A DNA stretch of 64,000 nucleotides from a virus. Position 1 is the stretch's first letter. Each line of letters starts with the position of its first letter. The notes under the pieces are model-generated. The model saw nothing but the letters and a program-made list of their open reading frames with translations. It was not told the origin of the DNA and did not search any database. Positions 47,446-54,413 of the stretch are shown piece by piece. The DNA is taken from IMG/VR virus record IMGVR_UViG_3300033233_000006, positions 1 through 64,000 of that record. One strand, written 5' to 3'. The position numbers and the translations under genes were made by a program.

Positions 47446-47518
47446 GGGTTCGTAGTTCAGCAGCTAGAACAGCACCTTGACATGGTGAAGATCGCGGGTG
47501 CGAGTCCCGCCGAGCCCA
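47446..47518 (+). tRNA. tRNA-Val(GAC)
   Basis: TT GAC AT loop. Confidence 0.9.
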
Positions 47519-47527
47519 TTTCAACAC

Positions 47528-47601
47528 GGGTCTGTAGCTCCAATAGCCAGAGCAGCTCGCTCTTAACGAGATGGTTGTCGGTGCAAGTCCGACCAGGCCC
47601 A
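47528..47601 (+). tRNA. tRNA-Lys(CTT)
   Basis: CT CTT AA loop. Confidence 0.9.
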
Positions 47602-47605
47602 TCAT

Positions 47606-47677
47606 GGCGTGGTGGTCTAACAGTAGGACGCCCGGCTTTCAATCGGGACCGTACGGGTGCAAGTCCCGTCCACGTCA
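47606..47677 (+). tRNA. tRNA-Glu(TTC)
   Basis: CT TTC AA loop. Confidence 0.85.
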
Positions 47678-47681
47678 ACTT

Positions 47682-47754
47682 GGTCTGCGAGTCGTCTAGT
47701 GATGGCAACCGATTGCAACCCGGTTCGAGCAGGGTGCGATTCCCTGGCAGACCT
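47682..47754 (+). tRNA. tRNA-Cys(GCA)
   Basis: TT GCA AC loop; U73. Confidence 0.85.
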
Positions 47755-47758
47755 TCAT

Positions 47759-47830
47759 GCGGGTGTAGCTCAGCAGCAGAGCGCCGGTCTTCCAAACCGA
47801 TGGTCGAGGGTGCGACTCCCTCCGTCCGCT
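47759..47830 (+). tRNA. tRNA-Gly(TCC)
   Basis: CT TCC AA loop. Confidence 0.9.
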
Positions 47831-47831
47831 T

Positions 47832-48182
47832 CTACGTGACGACCGGGGCCGATGCGGTCAGGAAGACCTGATTCGCGGGCGGCAACGGAGTCGGGTTGGA
47901 GGTGACCGTCACCCTGGCGATCGTGTCGGGAGGACTCGGCAGGTTGCCGCGCGCCGAACAGGTGATGGTAGCGTTGCCGAAGCCGACCCCGTACACGAGA
48001 CACCGGAGCCCGTCCTCGGTAGGCGCGAGCCTGACGGCGACGGGGTTGTCGACCCGCCATACCGGGGTGATGCCGGAAGGAAGCTGTCCCGGGCCGCCCG
48101 AGTCGAAGTCGACCCCGTTGATGGTCAGCGTGAACTTCTCGCCGGGCGCCAACTGGAGGCTCGGAACAATCGAGGCGGGCAT
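47832..48182 (-). CDS. Ig-like (Big_2-like) domain protein inside the tRNA array
   Basis: W.VDNPVAV....V.GVGFGNATITC pattern; GAGGAGG RBS. Confidence 0.6.
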   Translation of the reverse strand: MPASIVPSLQLAPGEKFTLTINGVDFDSGGPGQLPSGITPVWRVDNPVAVRLAPTEDGLRCLVYGVGFGNATITCSARGNLPSPPDTIARVTVTSNPTPLPPANQVFLTASAPVVT

Positions 48183-48240
48183 GGGTGCTCCTCCTCGCCG
48201 ATCTTACTACACGCCAAGGTCGCCCATGCGACCGAGGAAT

Positions 48241-48313
48241 GCCCCCGTAGCTCAGTAGACAGAGCAGCCGCCTTCTAAGCGGAAGGTCGAAGGTGCGAAT
48301 CCTTCCGGGGGCA
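48241..48313 (+). tRNA. tRNA-Arg(TCT)
   Basis: CT TCT AA loop. Confidence 0.9.
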
Positions 48314-48326
48314 ACGCGACGAACAC

Positions 48327-48398
48327 GGGGTCGTAGCTCAGCAGGAGAGCGTCTGCCTTGCAAGCAGAGGGTCGCGGGTGCGATTCCCGCCGATTCCA
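48327..48398 (+). tRNA. tRNA-Ala(TGC)
   Basis: CT TGC AA loop. Confidence 0.9.
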
Positions 48399-48466
48399 TG
48401 AAGGAGGAGATGAGATGCACACGTACCAGAGGTTCCCCAAACGCCCGTGGTGATTCCCTTCACCAC

Positions 48467-48538
48467 GGGCGCGTAGCTCGAAGGACGTAGCAACCGCCTT
48501 TTAAGCGGAAGGTCTGGGTCCGATTCCCAGCGTGCCCA
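48467..48538 (+). tRNA. tRNA-Lys(TTT)
   Basis: CT TTT AA loop; T-loop TCCGATT. Confidence 0.85.
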
Positions 48539-48543
48539 TTCGA

Positions 48544-48616
48544 GGACTCGTAGCTCAATTAGTAGAGCACCGGATTGAAGATCCGGGTGTTGATGGTGCA
48601 ACTCCGTCCGAGTCCA
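48544..48616 (+). tRNA. tRNA-Phe(GAA)
   Basis: TT GAA GA loop. Confidence 0.9.
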
Positions 48617-48621
48617 TTCAA

Positions 48622-48696
48622 GCTCCCATAGCTCATGACAGGTAGAGCGTCGGATTGTCGATCCGAAGGTGGCGGGTGCAACTCCCGTTGGGGGCG
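48622..48696 (+). tRNA. tRNA-Asp(GTC)
   Basis: TT GTC GA loop. Confidence 0.9.
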
Positions 48697-48701
48697 TACG
48701 T

Positions 48702-48768
48702 CGCGGGTCCCGGAGAGGGACGTTGGGCTCATAACCCGACTGAGGCTGTGCGACTCGGCCACCCGCAA
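48702..48768 (+). tRNA. Initiator-like tRNA-fMet(CAT) with shortened D-arm
   Basis: C1xA72 mismatch; GGG-CT CAT AA-CCC. Confidence 0.7.
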
Positions 48769-48776
48769 TTCATCAT

Positions 48777-48848
48777 GGCGCATTCGTCCAGCAGCTAGGA
48801 CATCGGCCCCTCACGCCGAAGACACGGGTGCAATTCCCGTATGCGTCA
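48777..48848 (+). tRNA. tRNA-Glu(CTC)
   Basis: CC CTC AC loop. Confidence 0.85.
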
Positions 48849-48904
48849 TTCTCCCGTAGGCTCAAACAGTAGAGTCGCCGAAGTGGCTGTGGACCTAAGA
48901 TAGA

Positions 48905-49321
48905 GTGCCTGTTAACATCGGTCGCATGAGGAACGGGCCTTACATCCTGGTTGTTGCGCCGGTTGGCTACCCGGGGAAGAAGTATCGCGGGCGCTACGCC
49001 TACGAGCACTCGGTTGTGTGGTGGCAGAACACCGGGCGAATCGTCCCAAGGGGCTGGCTCGTCCATCACAAGAACGAGGACAAGCATGACAACGCGTTCG
49101 CGAACCTGGAGGCGAAGCGGACCGGCAAGCACACAGCCGACCACAACGCCGTCGCTCCGACCGTTCTCGGGTGCGCTTACTGCGGCTCAAAGATCGAGCG
49201 GAAGCGCGCCGAGCACGAATACCGTCTGAGCATCGGGCAAACAGACTTCTACTGCAACCGATCGTGCTTCGGAAAACACAAAAGGCCGAGAGGTCCGAGG
49301 TATCCAGTTATTGCGCTCTAG
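48905..49321 (+). CDS. HNH endonuclease
   Basis: YEHSVVW...VHHKNEDKHDNAFANLE; CAYCG. Confidence 0.85.
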   Translation: MPVNIGRMRNGPYILVVAPVGYPGKKYRGRYAYEHSVVWWQNTGRIVPRGWLVHHKNEDKHDNAFANLEAKRTGKHTADHNAVAPTVLGCAYCGSKIERKRAEHEYRLSIGQTDFYCNRSCFGKHKRPRGPRYPVIAL

Positions 49322-49384
49322 CATCAAAGTAGATGTCCGGCACTGTTAATGCCGTGGTTCTCGGTGCGAGTCCGAGGGGCGCAG
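49312..49384 (+). tRNA. tRNA-Asn(GTT)
   Basis: CGGCA-CT GTT AA-TGCCG. Confidence 0.85.
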
Positions 49385-49451
49385 TCGGTCTGGTCTTCGC
49401 CGTCGAGCGGAAGAGCGCAAGCCGTCGCGAGCGCGGCGAAGACCAGCTTTT

Positions 49452-49523
49452 AGGTCGCTGGGGTCAACAGAAACCTACTCGGCTCCAACCCGAGTGATCT
49501 CCGTGCAAGTCGGAGGCGGCCTG
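49452..49523 (+). tRNA. tRNA-Trp(CCA)
   Basis: CTCGG-CT CCA AC-CCGAG. Confidence 0.85.
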
Positions 49524-49594
49524 TGCCTCGTCGTTCAACAGTAGGACGGCGGTCTTTGAAGCCGCGAATCTCGGTGCGAATCCGAGCGAGGCAT
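49524..49594 (+). tRNA. tRNA-Gln(TTG)
   Basis: CT TTG AA loop. Confidence 0.9.
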
Positions 49595-49601
49595 TCTCCT
49601 T

Positions 49602-49674
49602 TGCCCACTAGCTCAACCAGCAGAGCGACGGATTCTGAATCCGTAGGTTCAAGGTGCGAATCCTTGGTGGGCAG
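49602..49674 (+). tRNA. tRNA-Gln(CTG)
   Basis: TT CTG AA loop. Confidence 0.9.
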
Positions 49675-49680
49675 TCTTTC

Positions 49681-49752
49681 GGGCTCGTCTTCCAGCAGCA
49701 AGGATGCCTCTCTCACACGGAGGAGACGAAGGTGCGAGTCCTTCCGAGCCCA
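49681..49752 (+). tRNA. tRNA-Val(CAC)
   Basis: CT CAC AC loop. Confidence 0.85.
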
Positions 49753-49756
49753 TCAT

Positions 49757-49828
49757 GCGGACGTAGTTCAGCAGCAGAACGACAGGTTGCCAATCTGTAG
49801 GTCGCGGGTGCAATCCCCGCCGTCCGCT
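49757..49828 (+). tRNA. tRNA-Gly(GCC)
   Basis: TT GCC AA loop. Confidence 0.9.
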
Positions 49829-49837
49829 TCTCTCCGA

Positions 49838-49924
49838 GGGCGTGTCATCGTAGTAGCGATCGACCCAGACTGTAAATCTGGTTCCCGGAAGGGATCAACG
49901 TAGGTGCGAGTCCTACCACGCCCA
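49838..49924 (+). tRNA. tRNA-Tyr(GTA)
   Basis: CT GTA AA loop; long variable arm. Confidence 0.9.
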
Positions 49925-49931
49925 TCATCAT

Positions 49932-50004
49932 GCGGACGTAGCTCAGCCAGCAGAGCGAGTGCTTCCCAAGCACTAGGTCGCGGGTGCAACTCCCGCCGTC
50001 CGCT
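49932..50004 (+). tRNA. tRNA-Gly(CCC)
   Basis: TT CCC AA loop. Confidence 0.9.
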
Positions 50005-50008
50005 TCAA

Positions 50009-50082
50009 GTCCTCGTAGCTCAGCAGATCAGAGCGACGCCCTCCGAAGGCGAAGGTCGCTGGTGCGATTCCAGCCGAGGACA
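50009..50082 (+). tRNA. tRNA-Arg(CCG)
   Basis: CT CCG AA loop. Confidence 0.9.
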
Positions 50083-50087
50083 TGCTT

Positions 50088-50161
50088 GTCTCCGTAGCTC
50101 AGCAGATCAGAGCAACGCGCTACGAACGCGGAGGTCGCAGGTGCAATCCCTGCCGGGGACA
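50088..50161 (+). tRNA. tRNA-Arg(ACG)
   Basis: CT ACG AA loop. Confidence 0.9.
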
Positions 50162-50169
50162 TCTCTCAA

Positions 50170-50242
50170 GCCGTCGTAGCCCAATAGCAGAGGCGCTTGA
50201 TTCAGGGTCAAGAGGTTGTGGGTGCAACTCCCACCGGCGGCA
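50170..50242 (+). tRNA. tRNA-Leu(CAG), short variable loop
   Basis: CTTGA-TT CAG GG-TCAAG. Confidence 0.85.
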
Positions 50243-50246
50243 TCGC

Positions 50247-50322
50247 GGGTCGCTAGGGAAGCGAGCACACCCGCCCGGCCTAAACCCGGGAACGCTCGGT
50301 GCAAGTCCGAGGCGACCTACCA
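50247..50322 (+). tRNA. tRNA-Leu(TAA), short variable loop
   Basis: CCCGG-CC TAA AC-CCGGG; ends ACCA. Confidence 0.75.
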
Positions 50323-50325
50323 CAC

Positions 50326-50398
50326 GCCCCTCTAGCCCAACAGCAGAGGCGCTCGGCTTAGGACCGAGAGGTTCCGGGTGCGAATCCCGGGAGGGGCA
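50326..50398 (+). tRNA. tRNA-Leu(TAG), short variable loop
   Basis: CTCGG-CT TAG GA-CCGAG. Confidence 0.85.
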
Positions 50399-50402
50399 TC
50401 GC

Positions 50403-50472
50403 CGGGCGCGGTCTAGTCGACCAGGTGAGGCTTATATCCTTGCCGCGCTGGGTGCGATCCCCAGGCGCCCCA
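50403..50472 (+). tRNA. Atypical tRNA-Ile(TAT)
   Basis: GGTGAGG-CT TAT AT-CCTTGCC; minimal D-arm. Confidence 0.65.
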
Positions 50473-50476
50473 TCAA

Positions 50477-50550
50477 GCCGCTCTAGCCCAACCAGCAGAG
50501 GCGCCGGTCTCAAAAGCCGGAGGTTCTCGGTGCAAGTCCGAGGAGCGGCA
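50477..50550 (+). tRNA. tRNA-Leu(CAA), short variable loop
   Basis: CCGGT-CT CAA AA-GCCGG. Confidence 0.85.
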
Positions 50551-50639
50551 GCAGCAGCGAGTGTCACCGGGCGACCAAAAGCCCGGCGAGGCGTGGAGCG
50601 ATGTCCTCGCGAGAGGGCTACGCAACCGACAACAACTAC

Positions 50640-50727
50640 GCGGTCGTGGCGGAATCTAGCAGACGCACCAGGTTGAGGGCCTGGCGTCCCGAAAGGGCGA
50701 CTGTGGGTGCAAGTCCCACCGACCGCA
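50640..50727 (+). tRNA. tRNA-Leu(GAG)
   Basis: TT GAG GG loop; long variable arm. Confidence 0.9.
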
Positions 50728-50732
50728 TTCAA

Positions 50733-50805
50733 GGGTGTGTAGCTCAGTAGTTAGAGCGCGCGGCTGATAACCGCGAGGTCGAGAGTGCGATCCTCTCCTC
50801 ACCCA
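50733..50805 (+). tRNA. tRNA-Ile(GAT)
   Basis: CT GAT AA loop. Confidence 0.9.
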
Positions 50806-50810
50806 TCTCT

Positions 50811-50897
50811 GGAGAGCGAACCGAACGAGCGCATCGGTCCTCGGTGCTAACGAGTGAGTGCCCGAGAGGGTATGGGGTGCAAGTCCTCCGTTCTCCG
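50811..50897 (+). tRNA. tRNA-Ser(GCT)
   Basis: GT GCT AA loop; long variable arm. Confidence 0.85.
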
Positions 50898-50923
50898 TGC
50901 GATCATGTCGTCCAACCCTAAGA

Positions 50924-50995
50924 CGGGGTGTAGCTCAGCAGCAGAGCCTCGCGTTTGGGACGCGAAGGTCGCGGGTGCAATCCCCGCCACCCCGA
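50924..50995 (+). tRNA. tRNA-Pro(TGG)
   Basis: TT TGG GA loop. Confidence 0.9.
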
Positions 50996-51033
50996 TCCGC
51001 ATACATAATTAGGCCGTGACATCGCGCGAGTCG

Positions 51034-51693
51034 ATGACTAGACTCGTTGGCGTGAGCGACGCAGCGGGCATCTCCGAGACGAAGACGTGCAGCCGATGCG
51101 ACTTTCCCAAGCCCATCGGCGAGTTTTCGCTCAAGAAGAAGTCGACCGGCGAACGCCGCTCGGAATGCAAGAAGTGTCGAGTCGATGCACACGCCGCCCA
51201 CGTCGCGCAGTGCAAGTCCGATGGTGTGTGCCCCGACTGTCGAGCCTCGACAGACGGCGAGCGTCTCTACTGCGACAAGTGTCGCGCCAAGCGCGCCAAG
51301 GCTTCTCGCGCCAAGCGCGCAAGACGCAAGAGTGCTCGCCGTTGCGTCCACTGCGGGACTCCGAGTGGCAGACTTTCGCTCTGCAAGGGGTGTCGCCCGA
51401 TCTACGCTGCCCACAACAAGCGGCTGCGGGACAAGAACAAGCAAGCCGTCCTCGACCACTACGGACACGCTTGCGCGTGTTGCGGCGAGGCTCGAAGCGC
51501 CTTCCTCACGATCGACCACATCGACGGTGGAGGGAACAAGCACCGGAAGGAGATCGGCGGGTCAGCGCATCTTCATTCGTGGCTCATCAAGAACAAGTTT
51601 CCCGACGGATTCAGGACGTTGTGCTTCAACTGCAACTGCGGTCGGCGCTTCACAGGAGGTGTCTGCCCACACGAACTGGAGAGGAAGACATGA
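51034..51693 (+). CDS. Cys-rich HNH-like endonuclease
   Basis: Multiple CxxC; CACCGE...LTIDHIDGGG...LCFNCN. Confidence 0.8.
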   Translation: MTRLVGVSDAAGISETKTCSRCDFPKPIGEFSLKKKSTGERRSECKKCRVDAHAAHVAQCKSDGVCPDCRASTDGERLYCDKCRAKRAKASRAKRARRKSARRCVHCGTPSGRLSLCKGCRPIYAAHNKRLRDKNKQAVLDHYGHACACCGEARSAFLTIDHIDGGGNKHRKEIGGSAHLHSWLIKNKFPDGFRTLCFNCNCGRRFTGGVCPHELERKT

Positions 51694-53297
51694 GCGTCTT
51701 GAACGAGCCCGTGCTCGTACTCAATCGCAACTGGCAACCAGTGACCTTCCTTCCGGTTCAAGTGGCGATCGTCAACGTTATGCGGGACATGGCAAGTGTA
51801 CTGGATGCTCAGAACTACCTCCTCCTCACCTTCGAGGAGTGGGCGGTGAGCGAGCCGGACACGGACCGCTGGATCAAGACGGCTCGCGATCCGATCCCGG
51901 CGCCCGAGGTGATCGTCCTCAAGAAGTACGGCGAGCGTCCTCCCCGGAAGATCGTGTTCAACCGACCGAACCTCGCCAAGCGGGACGCCCACCAGTGCTT
52001 CGCTTCTGGCACGCCGGTCCAACTCGGCGGTGGTCGGTGGGTTTCGATCGAAGATGTGTCGATAGGCGATTCGATCATTACGGCGACTGGTGTTTCGGTC
52101 GTTACCGACAAGATGGCGCAGGAACCGTCTCGTCCCTGTGTCTCAGTTAAGCCGTACTACGGACTGCCGGTCGTCGTTACCGACGACCACAAGTTCCTGG
52201 TGCTCGACAGGGCGGGTGGACTCCGTTTCGTTCCTGCGGCTGAGTTGAAGGGGCATCACGTCGTCTGGCCGCTCGATCGAACGGGAGATGTAATAACTCT
52301 GCCTGCGCCGCTCGCCCGCTTGATCGGTTACTTCATGTCCGAGGGACACACCGCGCGCGACTACCGAGACGGCGTAGAGCAGTATGTTGGCTTCACGATC
52401 GCGCCGCATGAGGACGAACTGGCGGAGGGTATCAAGAGCGCCGTCAGGGCGGTGCTCTCGCTCGACGACAAGCACATCGCCGACAAGATCAATGTCGACC
52501 CGCGAAACGGGAACCAGAGTCGCCGGATCAATGTCGGTTCTCGCGAGCTTGCCAGGATAGTGAAGACTTACGTCTCTGGAAGGAAGGCGCGCGTTAAGCA
52601 GTTCCCGTTCGACCCCATCAACCTCGACGAGAGAACGGCAACCGAACTTTTCGAGGCGATGATGTCCGGTGATGGCTGTGATCTCATGACACGCGATTCG
52701 CCAACTCGCGTGCTTACGACCGCGTCACGGACGCTTGCGCTCCAGTCCCAACGTCTCGCGTGGGGTCTTGGGCGCTTCGCTTCGATCGTACAGGGGCGGC
52801 AGGTCAACTTCAACCCAGGCGCTCCTGTCTACCACGTCCGCTGGTTCCCCGAGACGACGCGGCATCTCGGAAAGGTTGTTCGGGTCGACGGACACACCTA
52901 TATGTCTGCTCCCGTTCAATACGTCCGAGACGTTTCATATGACGGTTTGGTCTGGGATCTCACAGTGAGGTCGGAGGACGAGCGCGGACACACCTTTGTG
53001 ACATCCGCCGGAATCGCGAGCAACTGCCAGTACTGCGGCGCGGACCTCTTTCGCGAGAAGATCACGGTGGAGCACATCCTGCCGCGGTCGCGCGGAGGCC
53101 CGACGAGCTGGGAGAACTGCGTCGCCGCGTGCGAGAGCTGCAACTCGCGCAAGGCCGACCAGACCCCTCAAGAGGCCGGCATGAGGCTCCGCACGGTGCC
53201 GAAGGTACCGGCGTGGCGAACTCGACTCCGGGCGCCCCGAGGCGTAGTGAGGCCGTCGTGGGAGCCGTTCCTCGCGAAAGAGCTGGAGTCGGCCTGA
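51690..53297 (+). CDS. McrA-like HNH endonuclease interrupted by an intein
   Basis: VLVLNRNWQP...RDAHQ[intein]CQYCG...TVEHILPRSRGG..SWENCVAACESCN. Confidence 0.9.
   Translation: MSVLNEPVLVLNRNWQPVTFLPVQVAIVNVMRDMASVLDAQNYLLLTFEEWAVSEPDTDRWIKTARDPIPAPEVIVLKKYGERPPRKIVFNRPNLAKRDAHQCFASGTPVQLGGGRWVSIEDVSIGDSIITATGVSVVTDKMAQEPSRPCVSVKPYYGLPVVVTDDHKFLVLDRAGGLRFVPAAELKGHHVVWPLDRTGDVITLPAPLARLIGYFMSEGHTARDYRDGVEQYVGFTIAPHEDELAEGIKSAVRAVLSLDDKHIADKINVDPRNGNQSRRINVGSRELARIVKTYVSGRKARVKQFPFDPINLDERTATELFEAMMSGDGCDLMTRDSPTRVLTTASRTLALQSQRLAWGLGRFASIVQGRQVNFNPGAPVYHVRWFPETTRHLGKVVRVDGHTYMSAPVQYVRDVSYDGLVWDLTVRSEDERGHTFVTSAGIASNCQYCGADLFREKITVEHILPRSRGGPTSWENCVAACESCNSRKADQTPQEAGMRLRTVPKVPAWRTRLRAPRGVVRPSWEPFLAKELESA
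51996..53024 (+). mobile_element. Intein (343 aa) with LAGLIDADG endonuclease
   Basis: CFASGT...TDDHKF...LIGYFMSEG...AMMSGDG...IASN/C. Confidence 0.88.
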
Positions 53298-53334
53298 AAG
53301 ACTGCGGTCGGCGCTGATGTTGGCGTCGGCCAAT

Positions 53335-53421
53335 GGAGTAGGACCCGCGGGGTAGTCCTGCGGCTCGCCTGGAAAGCGATGGCGCCCGAAAGGGCGTGGG
53401 GTGCAACTCCTCCCTGCTCCG
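53335..53421 (+). tRNA. tRNA-Ser(GGA)
   Basis: CT GGA AA loop; long variable arm. Confidence 0.85.
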
Positions 53422-53425
53422 TCTC

Positions 53426-53497
53426 GCCCTCGAAGCGTAGTCAGCGACGCACTGGTTTCGTAAACCAGAGAGCCCGGCGCACCTCCGGGCGAGGGCT
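53426..53497 (+). tRNA. tRNA-Thr(CGT)
   Basis: CTGGT-TT CGT AA-ACCAG; T-loop CGCACCT. Confidence 0.8.
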
Positions 53498-53582
53498 TCT
53501 CGTCGAATCCGGTTGGGACTACATCTGGCCTAATCAGCCTGAACCAACTACGTCTCAGCCACCCTTTCATCGACGGGTTTTC

Positions 53583-53657
53583 GCTCCCGTAGCTCAGGCA
53601 GATCAGAGCGACGTTTTCCTAAAGCGTAGGTCCCAGGTGCAAGTCCTGGCGGGAGCA
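53583..53657 (+). tRNA. tRNA-Arg(CCT)
   Basis: TT CCT AA loop. Confidence 0.9.
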
Positions 53658-53660
53658 TCT

Positions 53661-53732
53661 GCCTCCGAAACTTTGAGAGTGAAGCCCGGTCCTGTAAACC
53701 GGCGGAACTCGGTGCGAGTCCGAGCGGGGGCT
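53661..53732 (+). tRNA. tRNA-Thr(TGT)
   Basis: CCGGT-CC TGT AA-ACCGG. Confidence 0.8.
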
Positions 53733-53808
53733 TCGACGATCCCAGTTGATGCGCGTGGCGCCGGGGTTCCTGCCCGGCGCCGCTTCGTTTCCAGGGTAGA
53801 ACATCGGC

Positions 53809-54150
53809 ATGCGAGGCTTCGTCCACTACCTCGTCACCGGTGGCGTTCCGCTCGTCGTCCTGTTCATGGCGCTCTGGCTCATTCTCTACTTCTTCCGGCT
53901 CTCTCGTCCACCAGGGCCCCCGCCTTTCAAGCCGGGTGAAGAGGTCGAGTACAGGCGCGAGACGCCGCTCACCGACGAGGAGGCGCGCTGCCCGGTCCAC
54001 GTCGTCGGGTGCGAGTGGAGCGCGCGGAAGGGCGAGTGGGAGGTTCGACTCGCCTTCACGTTTGCCAAGGACTCGACCTGGGAGGCGACGGCGCCCGCCT
54101 CCCGCGTCCACCACCTCGACATCGTGCGAAGACTGGCCGAACTGGCATGA
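53809..54150 (+). CDS. Membrane-anchored KOW-like protein with C-terminal tag
   Basis: N-terminal TM helix; FKPGEEVEY; LDIVRRLAELA. Confidence 0.75.
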   Translation: MRGFVHYLVTGGVPLVVLFMALWLILYFFRLSRPPGPPPFKPGEEVEYRRETPLTDEEARCPVHVVGCEWSARKGEWEVRLAFTFAKDSTWEATAPASRVHHLDIVRRLAELA

Positions 54151-54413
54151 CCCCGCCCTTCGCTTCCGGCGACCGCGTCGAGGTCACGGAGTTCCACGGC
54201 GGCTCGATCGAGCAGGAGCCGTGGCACGAGCGGTTCAAGTGCCCGGTACGCGGCTTCGTCGACGATACGGAGTGGTGCCAGGAAGATGACAACTGGCTCA
54301 TCTACGTGGTCGTCGACGGCCACCCAGGATTCGGAGTCACCTACCCCGAGCGCGCCAGGCTCATCTCCGCACCAGAACACCTCGCCGAGTTGAACGATGC
54401 GCCTCCCGCCTGA
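54147..54413 (+). CDS. KOW/SH3-like protein with C-terminal tag
   Basis: FASGDRVEV...ISAPEHLAELND. Confidence 0.8.
   Translation: MTPPFASGDRVEVTEFHGGSIEQEPWHERFKCPVRGFVDDTEWCQEDDNWLIYVVVDGHPGFGVTYPERARLISAPEHLAELNDAPPA

Noticed and set aside
47294-50398. TGA, TAA and TAG anticodons as stop-codon suppressors or evidence of recoding
   Set aside because: These anticodons read Ser (TCA) and Leu (TTA, CTA) codons; no CTA/TTA/TCA anticodon was found and genes end normally at all three stops.
51087-51689. N-terminal 200 aa of the 736-aa ORF
   Set aside because: Overlaps the Cys-rich HNH gene in another frame; the real start is the ATG at 51690 after a GAGG RBS.
46054-53410. TGCAACTC inside tRNA T-loops as copies of the promoter motif
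   Set aside because: The copies I checked lack GTGTY at the 14-nt spacing; the match is explained by the G55 T-loop sequence.
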